A DNA stretch of 64,000 nt from Macrostomum hystrix (GCA_950097015.1 CATNEN010000038.1:6944001-7008000); one strand, 5' to 3'. Numbered from the stretch's first letter, positions 23,588-36,556 are shown. The notes: generated from the letters alone by a model not told the origin. Program-made: numbers and translations.

Positions 23588-25938
23588 CTACCTGACCCTG
23601 AGCCTCTTGCCGGAGCCAAACACCAGGTACACCACAGCGCCAACCACACAGATAGCGGCGGTGTTAAGAAACACTGCAGGCCAGCTCTTTGTGGTCTCCA
23701 GGATGTGACCGACCATGTAGACGCCGACAAAGCCCGGAACAGCGCCGAAGATGTTCATGACGCCGAATAGGGCGCCGCCGTGCTCAGGCAGCAGATCGTG
23801 CGGGTTGACCAGGATGCCGGAGTTGTGAAAGCCGCATGCGCAGATGGCTAGGGCCATGCAGGCCAGAGATTGCGCGTAGCTGTGCGCGTGGCACAACAGG
23901 TACAGAAACAGCGCCGTCAGCAGCAAACTGGCGCCCTCTAGCAGCTTTCTGACTGCGGTGACGCTCATCCGTTGCCTTAGCAACCAGTCGGCCAGCAGGC
24001 CGGAGCCCAGCGACGCCGGGATGGTCACCATCCAGGGCACCACGTTGAACACCCAGGCTCTTGCGTCGGGGAAATTGTCGTGAAAATAGGTCGGTATCCA
24101 GCTGAGCAGGATGAAGAAGGAATTGGCGTGGGCGAAGTGGCCGACAATCATGGCCCTGGATGGATGTGTCGGAAGAGGGCAAACAACTTATTACTAAAGT
24201 GTGCTCAGCTTGAAGTAAAAGACAAAGAAGAGCACTCTACTCACCAGAATGCAGGCGATTTCACAACAGCAGCCCAAGGCACGCCTTCTTTCTCACTGTA
24301 AGCAGCAGCCGTCCTCCGCGCCTCCTTATCCAGTTCAGACCGGTCGGCTAGGCTGGCCATGTGGGCCCCGCTGAAAGACATCTGCAGTCCAGATGGCGCC
24401 GATGGATTGTCTAAGGCCGCGACGGTTGAAGCACCCGACGGCGGAGGTACCGGTGACGGCTTCGATGCAGAGCTAGCAGCAACTTCTATGGCTTCTAATG
24501 CGTCCAAAGCGACGGCATAGTCGATGACTCGCTGGCGCCGGCGCAGCAGGGTGGATCGAACCACGGACGCCCAGGCAAGGCCGCACAAACCGATGATGAT
24601 GAAAGCGGAGCGCCAACCGTAGCTTTCAACGATGAGGGAGCCGATGCTGCCGCACAGCAGAGTGCTATAGATGTTAAATATACAGGATGCGGGATTAGAT
24701 TTCCAATTTGTCTAGGACAATAATTGACACAGAGGATAGAGTAGCATGGAGTGTAACCCTACAATCTAGACCTGCTATGCTACAATAATAATAATAATAA
24801 TAATAATAGTTAACACCAGCCCCGATCGGGCCAGATCTGCAGCCCACAGCATAGCAGCAGCTATTGCGCTACGTACGACCGTTTAGTCCATGAACTGGGA
24901 GGGCGCCACACCCACCCTCAATTACCCCAGCTGATGCTGCTTCCCATTTAACAGCTGGGTGAGCTGAAGTAATGCAGAGTTGTGTTGCTTAATGACGTAG
25001 ATTGTTTTACTGGAGTTCGGAATCGAACCCCGACCTTTAGGTATTGAGCGGGACACTATAACTAGGCTACAACCCCTGCTGCAATGCAGTTATAAATATA
25101 TACCATAGATATTCTATTATGGGGACTTCAACATCAAATACTTATTGTGTCTATGACCCTCGGCAGCCAATAGAATGGAGTCGGGGGAGGGGGGGAAATA
25201 TCTCTATCGGATGAGTTTCCCTAATGAAGGATTGGATTATAGCCCAACTTACAACATCACTATTCTTATTTTGGGACACCAATCATTCTGCTGTTAACGA
25301 AGTCAAAGACAAACCCGATGTGAGCACCGCAGCTGCCGAAGCTCCAGGTGTAAGCTCGCTCCTTTAGCTGCACCCGGTGGGCCATGAGGCTGCTCATGCC
25401 AGGATAGTGAAAGCCCTGGAAAGCGCCTGCCAGTACGCGGCATACAAGGAATGCAGTCAGGACTAGCCCGCCATCGTCTGACAGCCAGGGCAGCAGGGGG
25501 AAGACCATGGTTACAGCGGCCCAGCCAAACGCAGCCATAGTGACAACGAACTCTCCGCCAATCTTATCGGCTAGGTAGCCGCCTAGGAACTGAGTGCAGG
25601 TGTAGCCCCAAAAAAATGCCCCCAGAACCATGCCAGAGGTGCTCTTGCTCCAGTTGAGCTCAGTGCTAATAGGCACATTGCATAGAGGCATTATGGTGCG
25701 ACTCAAGTACAGACAGGCTGAGCCAACTAGAAGCGAAGACATCCACTGCTTGCGTTCGAGTCTGCCAGAAAGTTTGAGTAAGACCAAAATTAGTAGCGAG
25801 CCAGATAGGGTCATGTACAGTGTCATGTACCAGCTTCTTTATACAAGAAAAAAAGGGTTTAATAATGACTCACCTGCTCCATAACCCAGCTTTGCACTTA
25901 GTGATCAAGGGGCCACCCTTATCTTGAGTATCAGACAT
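23588..25938 (-). CDS. SLC17A9: Vesicular nucleotide transporter-like MFS/ACS transporter (499 aa); exons 25938-25874, 25761-25315, 24664-24245, 24155-23588
   Basis: LWSR|LERKQW, YLSRTIMPLC, GMVLGAFFWGY.TQFLGGYLADKIGGE, QGFHYP, FFILLSWIPTYFHDNFPDARAWVFNVVPW, FHNSGILVNPHDL...GALFGVMN; junctions in frame, 1500 nt. Confidence 0.92.
24784..25076 (-). mobile_element. CORE-type tRNA SINE with (TTA)n tail, in SLC17A9 intron 2
   Basis: Reverse complement of GGGGTTGTAGCCTAGT...GGTCGGGGTTCGATTCC...CACCCAGCTGTTAAATGGG; same family as 62211. Confidence 0.88.
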
Positions 25939-26302
25939 GGTAGTCAGTTATATGTTTATAGTCCTCTATGTGCCACCTTGAAGAACCATTCACTCATCTG
26001 GTCTGCAATGTTTCAATCAATAGTGCCAACTTTTTGTCAATATTTTAGTCACATTTCAGTCTATGACTTTTCAAATTAGTGATAAGCTAAAATGTAAATA
26101 TACTATAGTATATTATTTGAGGAGGGCTCTGTTTAAATGCATTACTCTTGAGGACTTGGAAGATTAAAACAAAACTATACATCTTAACAAAGTAACAATA
26201 ACATACATGTGACACAATGAGGTAGAAGGGAATTCAGGCCAATTTTAGAAACTGAGCAACAAGTGAGATAGGGTTTCCGATTGTTTTATTTTTCCTAGAA
26301 AT

Positions 26303-27604
26303 TGTTCCCGTGAAATTAAATATGTTTTGTTTTAATGTTGCGTAAATTTTGTTTTAGTGCACCATTTGTTTGTCTGCACCGAAAATTATAATAGTTATAC
26401 TGAAGTCGCGGAGATGAAGGGAATTTTAGTATAAATACACCCGAAGCGAAGAGAGAAAAACCAACTCGTACCACCTCGGTTGGGAAAAGAGTTCAAAGTA
26501 AAGAAAGCTTGAATCTTGAAGTGTTCATATTGAAGTTATTTGAGAAAGAGACATTGCGAAAGAGAAGTGAAGGAAAGCTGTAACTCTAGATCCACTGGTA
26601 AAGCCCAGAAGACGGACTCAAGATTAAATTGAAGGTTAACTGAATAATAATTAAAAACAGATAAAGACTGATAAAGACGGATAAAGACTGATAAAGACGG
26701 ATAAAGATTGATACAAAGTACTTATAGAAATAATACAGTTATAAGTAGAAGGGAATATAGAGGAAAGATACTGGCCATATTGAAAGTATAACGCTAGGGT
26801 AATGTATCATCAACCAAACAAGAATGTGTATTTTTTTAACTTCAAACCTAAGCTACAGATTTTCTTTTTAAGATATGATGATAAATCAAAAGCCAAGTTA
26901 TAGAAAACAGTTACATCTTTCTAAAAAGTATCTGCTTTTGCTATTTTATCAAATAGAAAAAAGTTATTCCTGCTTTTTTTATAAAACTGAACAATGATTT
27001 TCATGTATCTTCAAACCAAACAGAGAATTTAATGTTTGGTTTTAAAATTTGAGTGAATGGTTTAATCTTATTTTAAGGAGTTAACTATCATGAATTATGT
27101 AATTTGAAGGCATTTTTCATGCTCTATAAATAACTACATTTATGGTCATTTAACTGGCAAGCAACCACATACAATCTTCATCTAAAGTACATACTGAAAA
27201 AATGTTGTTAAAAAGTATGCTTTTGCAATAAAAATTTCTGCTGAAACATCAATATCTTTCTTTCCTCTTAATGCTTCATTGCACATCATGCCTCAGCTTG
27301 TAGATAATTTCTTCAACTTTCAAATTAGTTGTTCTGTGAAACACAATAGCTTGTTTCTGTCTTGCACAAGACCAAGGAAGAAGTCAAAATTCTTGTTCGG
27401 TTTTGAAGATACACTGTTCGGTTGATGATACATTACCCTACCATATTTGAATACATAAATGCTACCAATTGAAATTTAAATAAAGCGAATAAAGTAAAGA
27501 CAATAATAAAGATTGTACTTGAATAAAAGAAGCCTAGAACAACTTTGGTGACAGCAGTAGAATTAATTTAGCCCTACAACAACTTTGGTAACAGCGGTGG
27601 GATT
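26303..27604 (+). mobile_element. LTR remnant interrupted by a MITE, ending in a duplicated LTR-end + tRNA-Leu-like PBS
   Basis: Ends CCTAGAACA-ACTT-TGGTGACAGCAGTAG and CCTACAACA-ACTT-TGGTAACAGCGGTGGGATT; similar to 9636-10292; left boundary approximate. Confidence 0.55.
26795..27440. mobile_element. MITE of about 645 bp, TA-flanked, copy 2
   Basis: Same TIRs and body as 13477-14118. Confidence 0.9.
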
Positions 27605-28758
27605 CGCATTATTGGAAATAGAGTTTAGTAAGAATATAGACAGAGGCCTGTAACACAAGTTGCATTCATTAGAGAATTCTTACTGTGCTATAGTCCAAGG
27701 CAAAAGCTTAACATAGGCCTACTGAGCTATTGGGCTACATGCCATAGTCTAGATCATGTTGGCTGCACATCAAGGATGCAGAGTTTTTTCAAATTGCATA
27801 CTAGTGCATACCAGTGAAAATTGCTAGGAAAATTATAGCCAATTAAATATGTTTATGATATATTACTATATAGGCCCCTATTGACCTTTTGTTCATAAAA
27901 AGTTATTTATTATAACTGCAAAGCCAAAAGAGGCCAATATTATCATTTTTATGTGGCATTAAGGTATGGGTAGATGCAAGTGATTATAAAATGTACATTT
28001 TAAAAATATTTCAAGGCCACAAACTAGGTTGGTCTAGCTGCTAGCAGATTACAAGACAAATATTTAAGAACTTATGAATAATTATGTTACTTATTATTCT
28101 CTCAGACATAATCTAATCTCTAGGGAGTTTAGCTAGGTGTAGTAAAACGAAATGCAAAATGCAAAAATATGAAGCTTTTTACTCTGCTAGTCTTACTATT
28201 TCTTTACAACTGGTCTGATCAAGCATTCTGATTCTGAGTATAAATGACTAAGTAGACCTACTATAACTAAGTATGCCTGAACGGTTGCCGCGCATTTTGG
28301 TGCCTGTGCTTTTCGGTGTCGAGCGTTTCGGTGCCCGGTCTTGCTTTTCGGTCCCCATCCAATTTTGCATTGTCAGTCAGTAAAGCGCTTTAATACTGAT
28401 GATATTAAATGCCCTACCCTATTCGCATGGAACCATGCCAATAAGCACTGCCTTCTGAGTGCTTATTGTGCTTAAGATATGTCGAAATTAATGTGAAAAG
28501 CAATATAATATTTTAACCAATGTACAATTTAATAGGCCTACGCTTTCTGAAATAAATTATCTTTAAATAAAATGACATTACTTTGGTGCTTTAAATAACT
28601 ACCTCAGCATTATCATACCTCGTTATAAACACTCCGGAAAAAATTATTTAAGGCGGAGAGCGCTAAAGTCGGACTGAAGATCAAACGCCTCAAAGAACAA
28701 GGTGCTGCACCTTGGAATCGTAAAAAGGACCGACCTTTAACGGCCTGACAGCGCGCTT

Positions 28759-29320
28759 GTGGACGCCTGTTATGATTTCTGCTACCTGGGCGTTTCGGTA
28801 ACGAGCGCTGACGTGATGGTGGAGACACAAAATTGTGTATGGCCTGGCGCGCTACGCACCTTCTGCGCTCGATCTTCAAATCCGAGGCCGCCGACCAGCT
28901 CAAGCTGTCCTTATTCCAAGCAGCAGTTGAATCTGTGCCTATGGCTTGGAAGCAGTTCCCTCAACGCCGACGCGTGATTCGACGCTGCTCACCGGCAGCT
29001 GATGCGATCGTAGCTCTGGGCATCAGCATGTAACGATATCATCAGCAATGGGACCTCTACGCTCGGAGCGGCAAGAAGCCGTTGTCTGCCACGCTGCACC
29101 AGCGCCACCTGATGCTGCTAGGCCACTGCCTCCGCGACCACCACCGCAACTGCGGTCAGTCCCTGGCTGACATCCAGCAAGGGGCACCGCTGCGCAGAGA
29201 ATCTTACATAACTGTACCTTACTTGATACTTTCTATGATGACATGACGTTGATTGGCCTGATGCCTGTGACTGCTTCTCGCTTTGACTCGAAGGCCTACA
29301 AGCTGCTTGCGCTCGCTGCC
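28759..29320 (+). pseudogene. 5'-truncated, frameshifted non-LTR retrotransposon (RTE-like) RT C-terminal fragment
   Basis: DFCYLG (FxYLG thumb motif), AWRA..LLRSIFKS....LKLSLFQAAVESV, LSATLHQRHLMLLGHCLR spread over shifting frames. Confidence 0.7.
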
Positions 29321-30619
29321 TAACAGCGTCTGTTATTATTAATACGCTGTGTAAAACACGCTGTGTTGGCTCTAGCTATCTGCTTTAATCAAATTATATC
29401 CCCAGAAATATCAGATGAAAAAAAGTTAAATCACTGATAATAAAAACAATAAATATTAATAATAACAATACATCAGGCCAATCGACGTCATGGCAATCTT
29501 ATCTCGATCTCGTTTGTCCGAAAAAATTGCCTCGCTTCGCTCCTCGTTGGCAATTTTTCCGGACTGCACTTCGACCTAACTAGGTACTTTTCCTGAGCTC
29601 TTCCGAGCTCCCTAAACCCCGCTATTGCAGTTCTAAATCATGTGTGAATATTGTACATCTCGTATAATTATATATTACGTTTGAGGTGGTCATTGTGATT
29701 CAAAAGAAAACGATCAGATTGCACCAAGCTAATAGACGCATTGATCACGGCACAATGTAATGAGTGCTGCAAGCAAGGTGACTTGTGCATGGCCTGGAAA
29801 TTTTCTCGTACCTAAGTACTCGAGTTCGCCGCAAGTTGTTGTACCTAGCTACAATTTAACAGGTGCTTGTACTAGCTACTTGCTGAATGACAGGTTGAAG
29901 AAACAATAGAAATGACAGAAGAAATTTACATTTCTACAAGACACATGGCAGCAAGGACAATTAACTTTCAATCGGATGTCTATTCCGTTAAATCTTAGCC
30001 TCTGACTGCACTTAAAACTGCGGAGAGCTCTCTTGTCTGACAACGGTCTGGCAAAAAACTGACAGCTGAATGCGCGGATGGAATCTATGTGGAAATGAGT
30101 GGCTTAGACGTCTTAGTATGAAAGTAACGCGCATGTATCCTCGTGACAATTTGCCTCGAAAAATTAATTTTCTTTGGACTAATGCTTAGCTTAAGAAGAA
30201 ATATGACGTTGTACCCTTTCGTTATAGAATCTGTCAATTATCAGGACGAAGAATAAATATGCCGACAATCATCATAGGCAGGTAACTCGTAAATGATTGT
30301 GCAAAGCTGCCTGGATACAAAAGTATCAGCAAACTTGATCGTACGTATAAACTTCAGGTACTGCATCGATCTCATCGATTAACTGCAGCAAAGACTAATT
30401 TAAGACTAAAGCATTATATAGAGATGCATATCCCAGCAGTTGTGGCTCTCCTGCTCTCGCATAATTCAAAACCATATGCAAAATTCTATTATTAGATAAA
30501 CAATATTTATTCTCGTGCCAAAGCGAGAGTCACAAAATCTGCGGAAATGCTGAATTTAGTGTTAAAAAACCAACAATCCTTTCTACTTTGGCCTATCTAG
30601 ATGTCGTGCAAATATCCAA

Positions 30620-31895
30620 TCCTCAATGCTTAGTACCGCAGTCCTTAATGCTTAGTACCGCAGTCCTCAATGCTTAGTACAGCAGTCCTCAATGCTTAGT
30701 ACAGCAGTCCTCAATGCTTAGTACAGCAGTCCTCAATGCTTAGTACCGCAGTCCTCAATGCTTAGTACCGCAGTCCTTAATGCTTAGTACCGCAGTCCTC
30801 AATGCTTAGTACCGCAGTCCTCAATGCTTAGTACCGCAGTCCTCAATGCTTAGTACCGCAGTCCTCAATGCTTAGTACCGCAGTCCTTAATGCTTAGTAC
30901 CGCAGTCCTCAATGCTTAGTACCGCAGTCCTCAATGCTTAGTACCGCAGTCCTTAATGCTTAGTACCGCAGTCCTCAATACTTAGTACCGCAGTCCTCAA
31001 TGCTTAGTACCGCAGTCCTCAATGCTTAGTACAGCAGTCCTTAATGCTTAGTACAGCAGTCCTCAATGCTTAGTACAGCAGTCCTTAATGCTTAGTACCG
31101 CAGTCCTCAATGCTTAGTACCGCAGTCCTTAATGCTTAGTACCGCAGTCCTTAATGCTTAGTACAGCAGTCCTTAATGCTTAGTACAGCAGTCCTTAATG
31201 CTTAGTACCGCAGTCCTCAATGCTTAGTACAGCAGTCCTTAATGCTTAGTGCCGCAGTCCTTAATGCTTAGTACAGCAGTCCTTAATGCTTAGTGCCGCA
31301 GTCCTTAATGCTTAGTGCCGCAGTCCTCAATGCTTAGTACCGCAGTCCTCAATGCTTAGTGCCGCAGTCCTTAATGCTTAGTACAGCAGTCCTCAATGCT
31401 TAGTACCGCAGTCCTCAATGCTTAGTACCGCAGTCCTCAATGCTTAGTACCGCAGTCCTCAATGCTTAGTACCGCAGTCCTCAATGCTTAGTACCGCAGT
31501 CCTCAATGCTTAGTACCGCAGTCCTTAATGCTTAGTACCGCAGTCCTTAATGCTTAGTACCGCAGTCCTTAATGCTTAGTGCCGCAGTCCTTAATGCTTA
31601 GTACCGCAGTCCTCAATGCTTAGTACCGCAGTCCTCAATGCTTAGTACCGCAGTCCTCAATGCTTAGTACCGCAGTCCTCAATGCTTAGTACCGCAGTCC
31701 TTAATGCTTAGTACCGCAGTCCTTAATGCTTAGTACCGCAGTCCTTAATGCTTAGTGCCGCAGTCCTTAATGCTTAGTACCGCAGTCCTCAATGCTTAGT
31801 ACCGCAGTCCTCAATGCTTAGTACCGCAGTCCTTAATGCTTAGTACCGCAGTCCTTAATGCTTAGTACCGCAGTCCTTAATGCTTAGTACCGCAG
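30620..31895. repeat. Minisatellite, 22-bp unit, about 58 copies
   Basis: Unit GTCCTCAATGCTTAGTACCGCA. Confidence 0.98.
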
Positions 31896-32711
31896 TGAAG
31901 ACTAAAGTCAAGTCAAAGTTGCATATACTATCTTACCCTGAGAACAATTGAAAGTGAAAATAAATGACACATTATTAATTGTTTAAGCACCAATAGATGG
32001 CTTCAAAATATGGTCACAAAAGTAATGTTTGTATTTATAAAGTGTTTATAAATATCACACTCTTGTAAAAAATGGATCACATAAGGCATGCAGCCTTTTC
32101 AATAAAGTTAGAAGCTTCGTACAAGCTTTGAGTAATAATGTGACCAGTCAGGAATGGAATTGTAAAACTAACTCAGCACCAATTAGAAAAAGAACTGCAA
32201 AGTTATCTTGGCAGTGAAGTGGCATAAAAAACTTTGGAATCTGGACAAAGGCTTGAATATCAATGGGACTGGAAGCACAATGGGCATGATGACCATAGAG
32301 AATCACAATGGGCATTGTGGTGATTCTCTATGGTCCGATCTGAATGTCAAGTCTGATAGATAGAGAATTTAGCTGACGGCGATGTCAAATATGGAATGAT
32401 CGGGCGCAAGCATGAGCCTTCAGCGAACCTACCAAAGTACATATATTTTAGTAAAAAAAGCCATGATATAAAAATACAAAAAAATTGGGCTATTTGAGAA
32501 AACAATAAGAGAAGCAAGCAATCATACAGACACAATGTATGCTCCAAAGGGCCACTGGGAGTAGGAGGACGTGATTAATTTGTGCAGAAAATGTGAAACT
32601 TTCGTATCTCCTTTTCTAAGAAACGTAGTCCTTCGACTCTTGTAGTGGTCTTTGAATCCCCATTTCTAAATCAAACTATGCCAAAACACGTTTATAGATT
32701 AGGCCTAATCC

Positions 32712-35700
32712 CTAGCCAATGGCCAGAGACAGTTTCGGATTGACGGCCCAAATTCTGAGTAGCTGGGCATCCGCTGCCAGCCGGCGTCGTTTAATGTTGC
32801 CGCCCAGCTCAAACAGGCGAAGGCCCGGCTGGCCGGGCACGAATTTGTTTAGTACGCCCGACGCGCTGATGCCCGACGCCAGGTTGATAGTCAGCTGCTT
32901 TCCATCGGGCAAAGTCAAGTCAACAGATGCCTGCGGTGGTTGGGTTGATGGACATTGTTCCTGAGTACACAAACTCACTCACACGAGTATTACATCATTG
33001 ATAGGGGCTTTAATGAAATCAATGAAAATATGAATAGCAATAGCAATATTAATTATATTAATTGCAGAAGGGCTGCAAGCAATGACACATCATATGGTGG
33101 CACTAGACCTGCAGCCAACGAGGAGGCAATTCTGCCCATTTCGCTGACTCTTGAGCACACACGCATGCACACGCATGTGTATATCTGCACCTTGACTTTA
33201 TCATCGTCGGCCCTCAGGGGCGTGAATTGCACGACAAGCCCCCAAGCCTTCCCTAAATGAATGTTGCGTCGCCGCGGAATCGAACTCATGGAACTCGGTG
33301 CGAGAGGCGTCTACCGCTCTGCGGCTCACCCCCGCCCTAGAGCTTTCGTTAGAGCTCTGTCTGGACTCCTACTCGAGAGGTCACGAGTTTGAATCTCAGC
33401 CTAAAGCAGTTAAAGCCATTGAACAAGACAACGAATTCCCAAAGCCCCAAATTTGAATGGTTGTGGTCGCTCTTAGGAACAAGTGAAGTGAAGTCACCTG
33501 TTTTGCAGACTCCTCCGCTCTGACCGCCTCATCCGCACCATTTGCAACCTCGAAATCGTTCAGCCTTGACAGGCCGCAGAAGAAGAAGCCGCAGGTTCGC
33601 AGGTTCCGCACCAGAGTTGTGGGCACTCGCCACAGTAGGTGCTTGTAGGCTATCAGTAGTTCCACAATGACCACGGACCGTTCGCTGTCACCCAGAGTGG
33701 AGGTGAGCTCTTCGGGCAGCAGGCTGGGCGTCATGACGGTTGCTAGGGCCCGAATGGACATCCGGTTGGTCTCTTTGTGGTCCAGAACTCTGGCGGAGTT
33801 AATGGTATTCGAATAGTAGTGAATCATGCTAGTTGTACTTAAGTTTTTTGTACGAGTATTTTCTAGGCTGTTGTGTTAGGCCGGTTCGCTTGGCTCGCTC
33901 TCTCTTACCCTCCGCCCCCGTCCCTGCTCGGTGTGCCCGGAGCCGTCACCTGATTGGCTGGGCGCGGGCGTTGTCTCTCAGCTCTGCGCAGCTATGAACG
34001 TCCACTGGGCCAGCGAGCAAAATCCTACCCCTCCTTAGCACTGGCGTCTTGACCTCGTGTTTTGTGCATCGGTTTTCCTGTCTGCTCCGCACCCACCCAA
34101 GTAGCTGCCTTTTTTGTAGTACTATTTTTGCAGCGTGCGCTCGTGCGTTTGATCGCGTTCTGCTTCAGAACGTAACTGCGTAACGTAAACGTAAACGTAA
34201 CGTAACTGACTTGCTCCGTAACTGCGAATTATCAATTTAGTGCGTAATAAACAAAACATTTCTGAGTCGCTTAGAGCAGCCAGACCGCTGACACCAGCCA
34301 GGGGTAAGTAGTTTCTCTTCGTTCTTTCATCACTTGGGGTCCAGCATCGCGACACTAGACGCCAGGGCCTGCGCGTTCATGCGACCCCGGTTGTGAGTGA
34401 TTGCCAGCACGTTCAATCCAACAGTTGCTAGCGAGTAGGCCTGGAGTGTCGAGTCTTAATGCTCAGTGAAGAGCTGGTCCGTCTCGGGACACAATAGCTT
34501 TTTTAATAATAACAGAAATAGAATTGGGAGTTGGGACATTGTGTTTAAAAGGACAGTGGTAATCGAAGTTAGGAAGGCTCACTTTCTAAACAGTTCAACG
34601 ACAGCTCGCAGCGTCTGACAGGCGGCTGGTGGCAGCAGGATGACGAGCAGATTCAAGCCGATGAGGCGATGGCGCATGTCGGGCAGTTGGTCCAGGCTCC
34701 GGTAGTACTCCACATAGGGACCGCTGAGCAGCGGCCGCGGCAGGTCTCTTAGGAAGGCCTTCAGCAGGCCGGCGACGTCGTGCGGGTCGGCAGCGGCGAG
34801 TTCCTGCGCGTTTGGGCCGGAGGCTTCGATGCGAGCGCGCAGATTGCGGACGGCTGCCACCGAACCGCTGATGCGAAGGATGCCCTCCTCCTTGAGGCCG
34901 CCACTCTGCAGCCGGTCGATCATAGCAGTCACCAGTTGGGGCACCTGATTAATTGGTGCAGAAAATGTGAAACTTTCCTATCTCGTGAACTTTCTCAGGA
35001 GACAATGGGAGGGCTTTTATAGTTAAGTAAGAGTCCAATGCTCGGCTTGTGACCAACAGTTTTCTAGTTATACTGTTGACAGTAGAGTACAAAAATCATT
35101 ATTAAAACTCATTTTGGACTATGAGTCGGATAAAATAATGTAAACACTGAAATTCTAGACTTAAGTTGCTAGGGCATAACTTGGGGGTTGTAGCCTAGTA
35201 GTTTGAGCATCGGACGCACGACTTGAAGGTCGGTAGCTCGATTCCAGACTCCACTGGAACAATTTTTGTCCGTTAGCAAGGCTCTCAACTCTGCATTAAT
35301 TCAGTTCACCCAGCCTTAATGGGTGCCAGCATTAGCTGAGGTAATTATGGGTGGGTGTCCATGGACTGAACAACTGTACGCAGCCTTCAGATGCGCCGCG
35401 CAATAGCTGCGGCCTTGCTGCGTGCTGCACACCTGGCCGAATTGAGGTAGGTGCAATAGAAAAAAAACAGCAGATAATACTAGTATATTTGCCACTTCGA
35501 GTTTATCGTGACCACAACATGTTGACGATTGCTCAAAATGTGACTGATTCGCAAATTATGAAAGAAAGAAATTTATTATGTGGCTTTAATTGCAGTCCCA
35601 GCCTTATTAAATAATATTAAAGTGAGCTGGTGTACAATTTATTGAAATGCCTCTGTTACTTTAGTTTCAACAGCTAAAAATGGGCACCAGCGTTAGATTT

Positions 35701-36556
35701 TGGTGGATCCAAATCCTGTGTCCCAGATGTAATTTTAATTGGGATTTATTTATAATAAAGCGAATACCTGCGACTGAACCATGCCCTGTCTCTGCTCCTT
35801 CTGTGCCAGCTTCTCCTCCGTGGCCAGAACGGACTCCAAGGGCACGCCAAACCAGCCGCTGCCGCTGCCGCTGCCGCCCGACCTGCTAGACGAGGACGAC
35901 TTGCTCCGCCGGCCGAACAGACCGCCGCCGGAGTTCGGCGAGGGTGGCGGCAGCGGCGAAGCTGGGGCAGCGGCGACGGTGGAGCGAAACACCGGACTGT
36001 GACCGGCCTTCTCAAACTGGACAGCTAGCTCAAGGTGCGCCAGGGCTCGCAACTTATCCATGTCCTCCACTGAGAAGTCGTCAACATACGCGTGGCCAAG
36101 TGGGTCGTCTGCCAACTTGTAGATTTCGAAGCCGTCTTCCGAGTAACTTCGAGTTTCTTCCGGTTCAGCATTGGCCGACGCGCCAACTGCACTATCCTGC
36201 AGTTCTTGGCTAATCTGGCGCCCAGCTGTTTGACTGTTTTCAGGGATTCTTAGAGTCAGCGGCATCTCCACCGTGCTCTGTTCTGAGCCGTCGAAACCGG
36301 TCGCCATGTCGATGTGCCGTTTAACCACCGCCCAGTGCAGTGGCGACGGCATTCTGAGCTGGATGGCCCGGCTGTCAAAGCTCTCGTGTTTCTGCAGACA
36401 CTCCGCGATCTCAAACAGAAGCGCCGACTCGCTCTTGGCCAGCCAGTCGATTCCAGCCTGAGAGTTCGAGTCCTCAGCCACCTCCAGCAGCAGCTTTGGA
36501 GCCGACAGGCACCCGCCGTCCTGCTGGTCCTTGGTCCTCGATGTGGACTTGCGCAT
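32712..36556 (-). CDS. Rho GTPase-activating protein, ARHGAP18/28/40 (Conundrum) family, about 563 aa; exons 36556-35768, 34944-34583, 33789-33498, 32960-32712
   Basis: DDFSVEDMDKLRALAHLEL, FGVPLE, GLKEEGILRISGS (arginine finger), HDVAGLLKAFLRDLPRPLL, NRMSIRALATVMTPSL, C-terminal LFELGGNIKRRRL...NP; junctions in frame; additional upstream exons cannot be excluded. Confidence 0.88.
33240..33430. mobile_element. Two back-to-back degenerate tRNA-derived SINE heads in RhoGAP intron 3
   Basis: Minus strand: AGCCGCAGAGCGGTAGAC...GAGTTCGATTCC (33240-33332). Plus strand: GAGAGGTCACGAGTTTGAATCTCAGCC...TTGAACAAGACA (33360-33430). Confidence 0.4.
33869..34423 (+). mobile_element. Probable solo LTR (555 bp) in RhoGAP intron 2
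   Basis: TGTTG...CAACA ends, GC-rich island in an AT-rich intron, CTGATTGG + GGGCG and AATAAA inside; no clean TSD. Confidence 0.45.
35183..35467 (+). mobile_element. CORE-type tRNA SINE in RhoGAP intron 1
   Basis: GGGGGTTGTAGCCTAGTAG...; collinear with the 62211 copy including GCAGCCTTCAGATGCGCCGCGCA. Confidence 0.88.
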
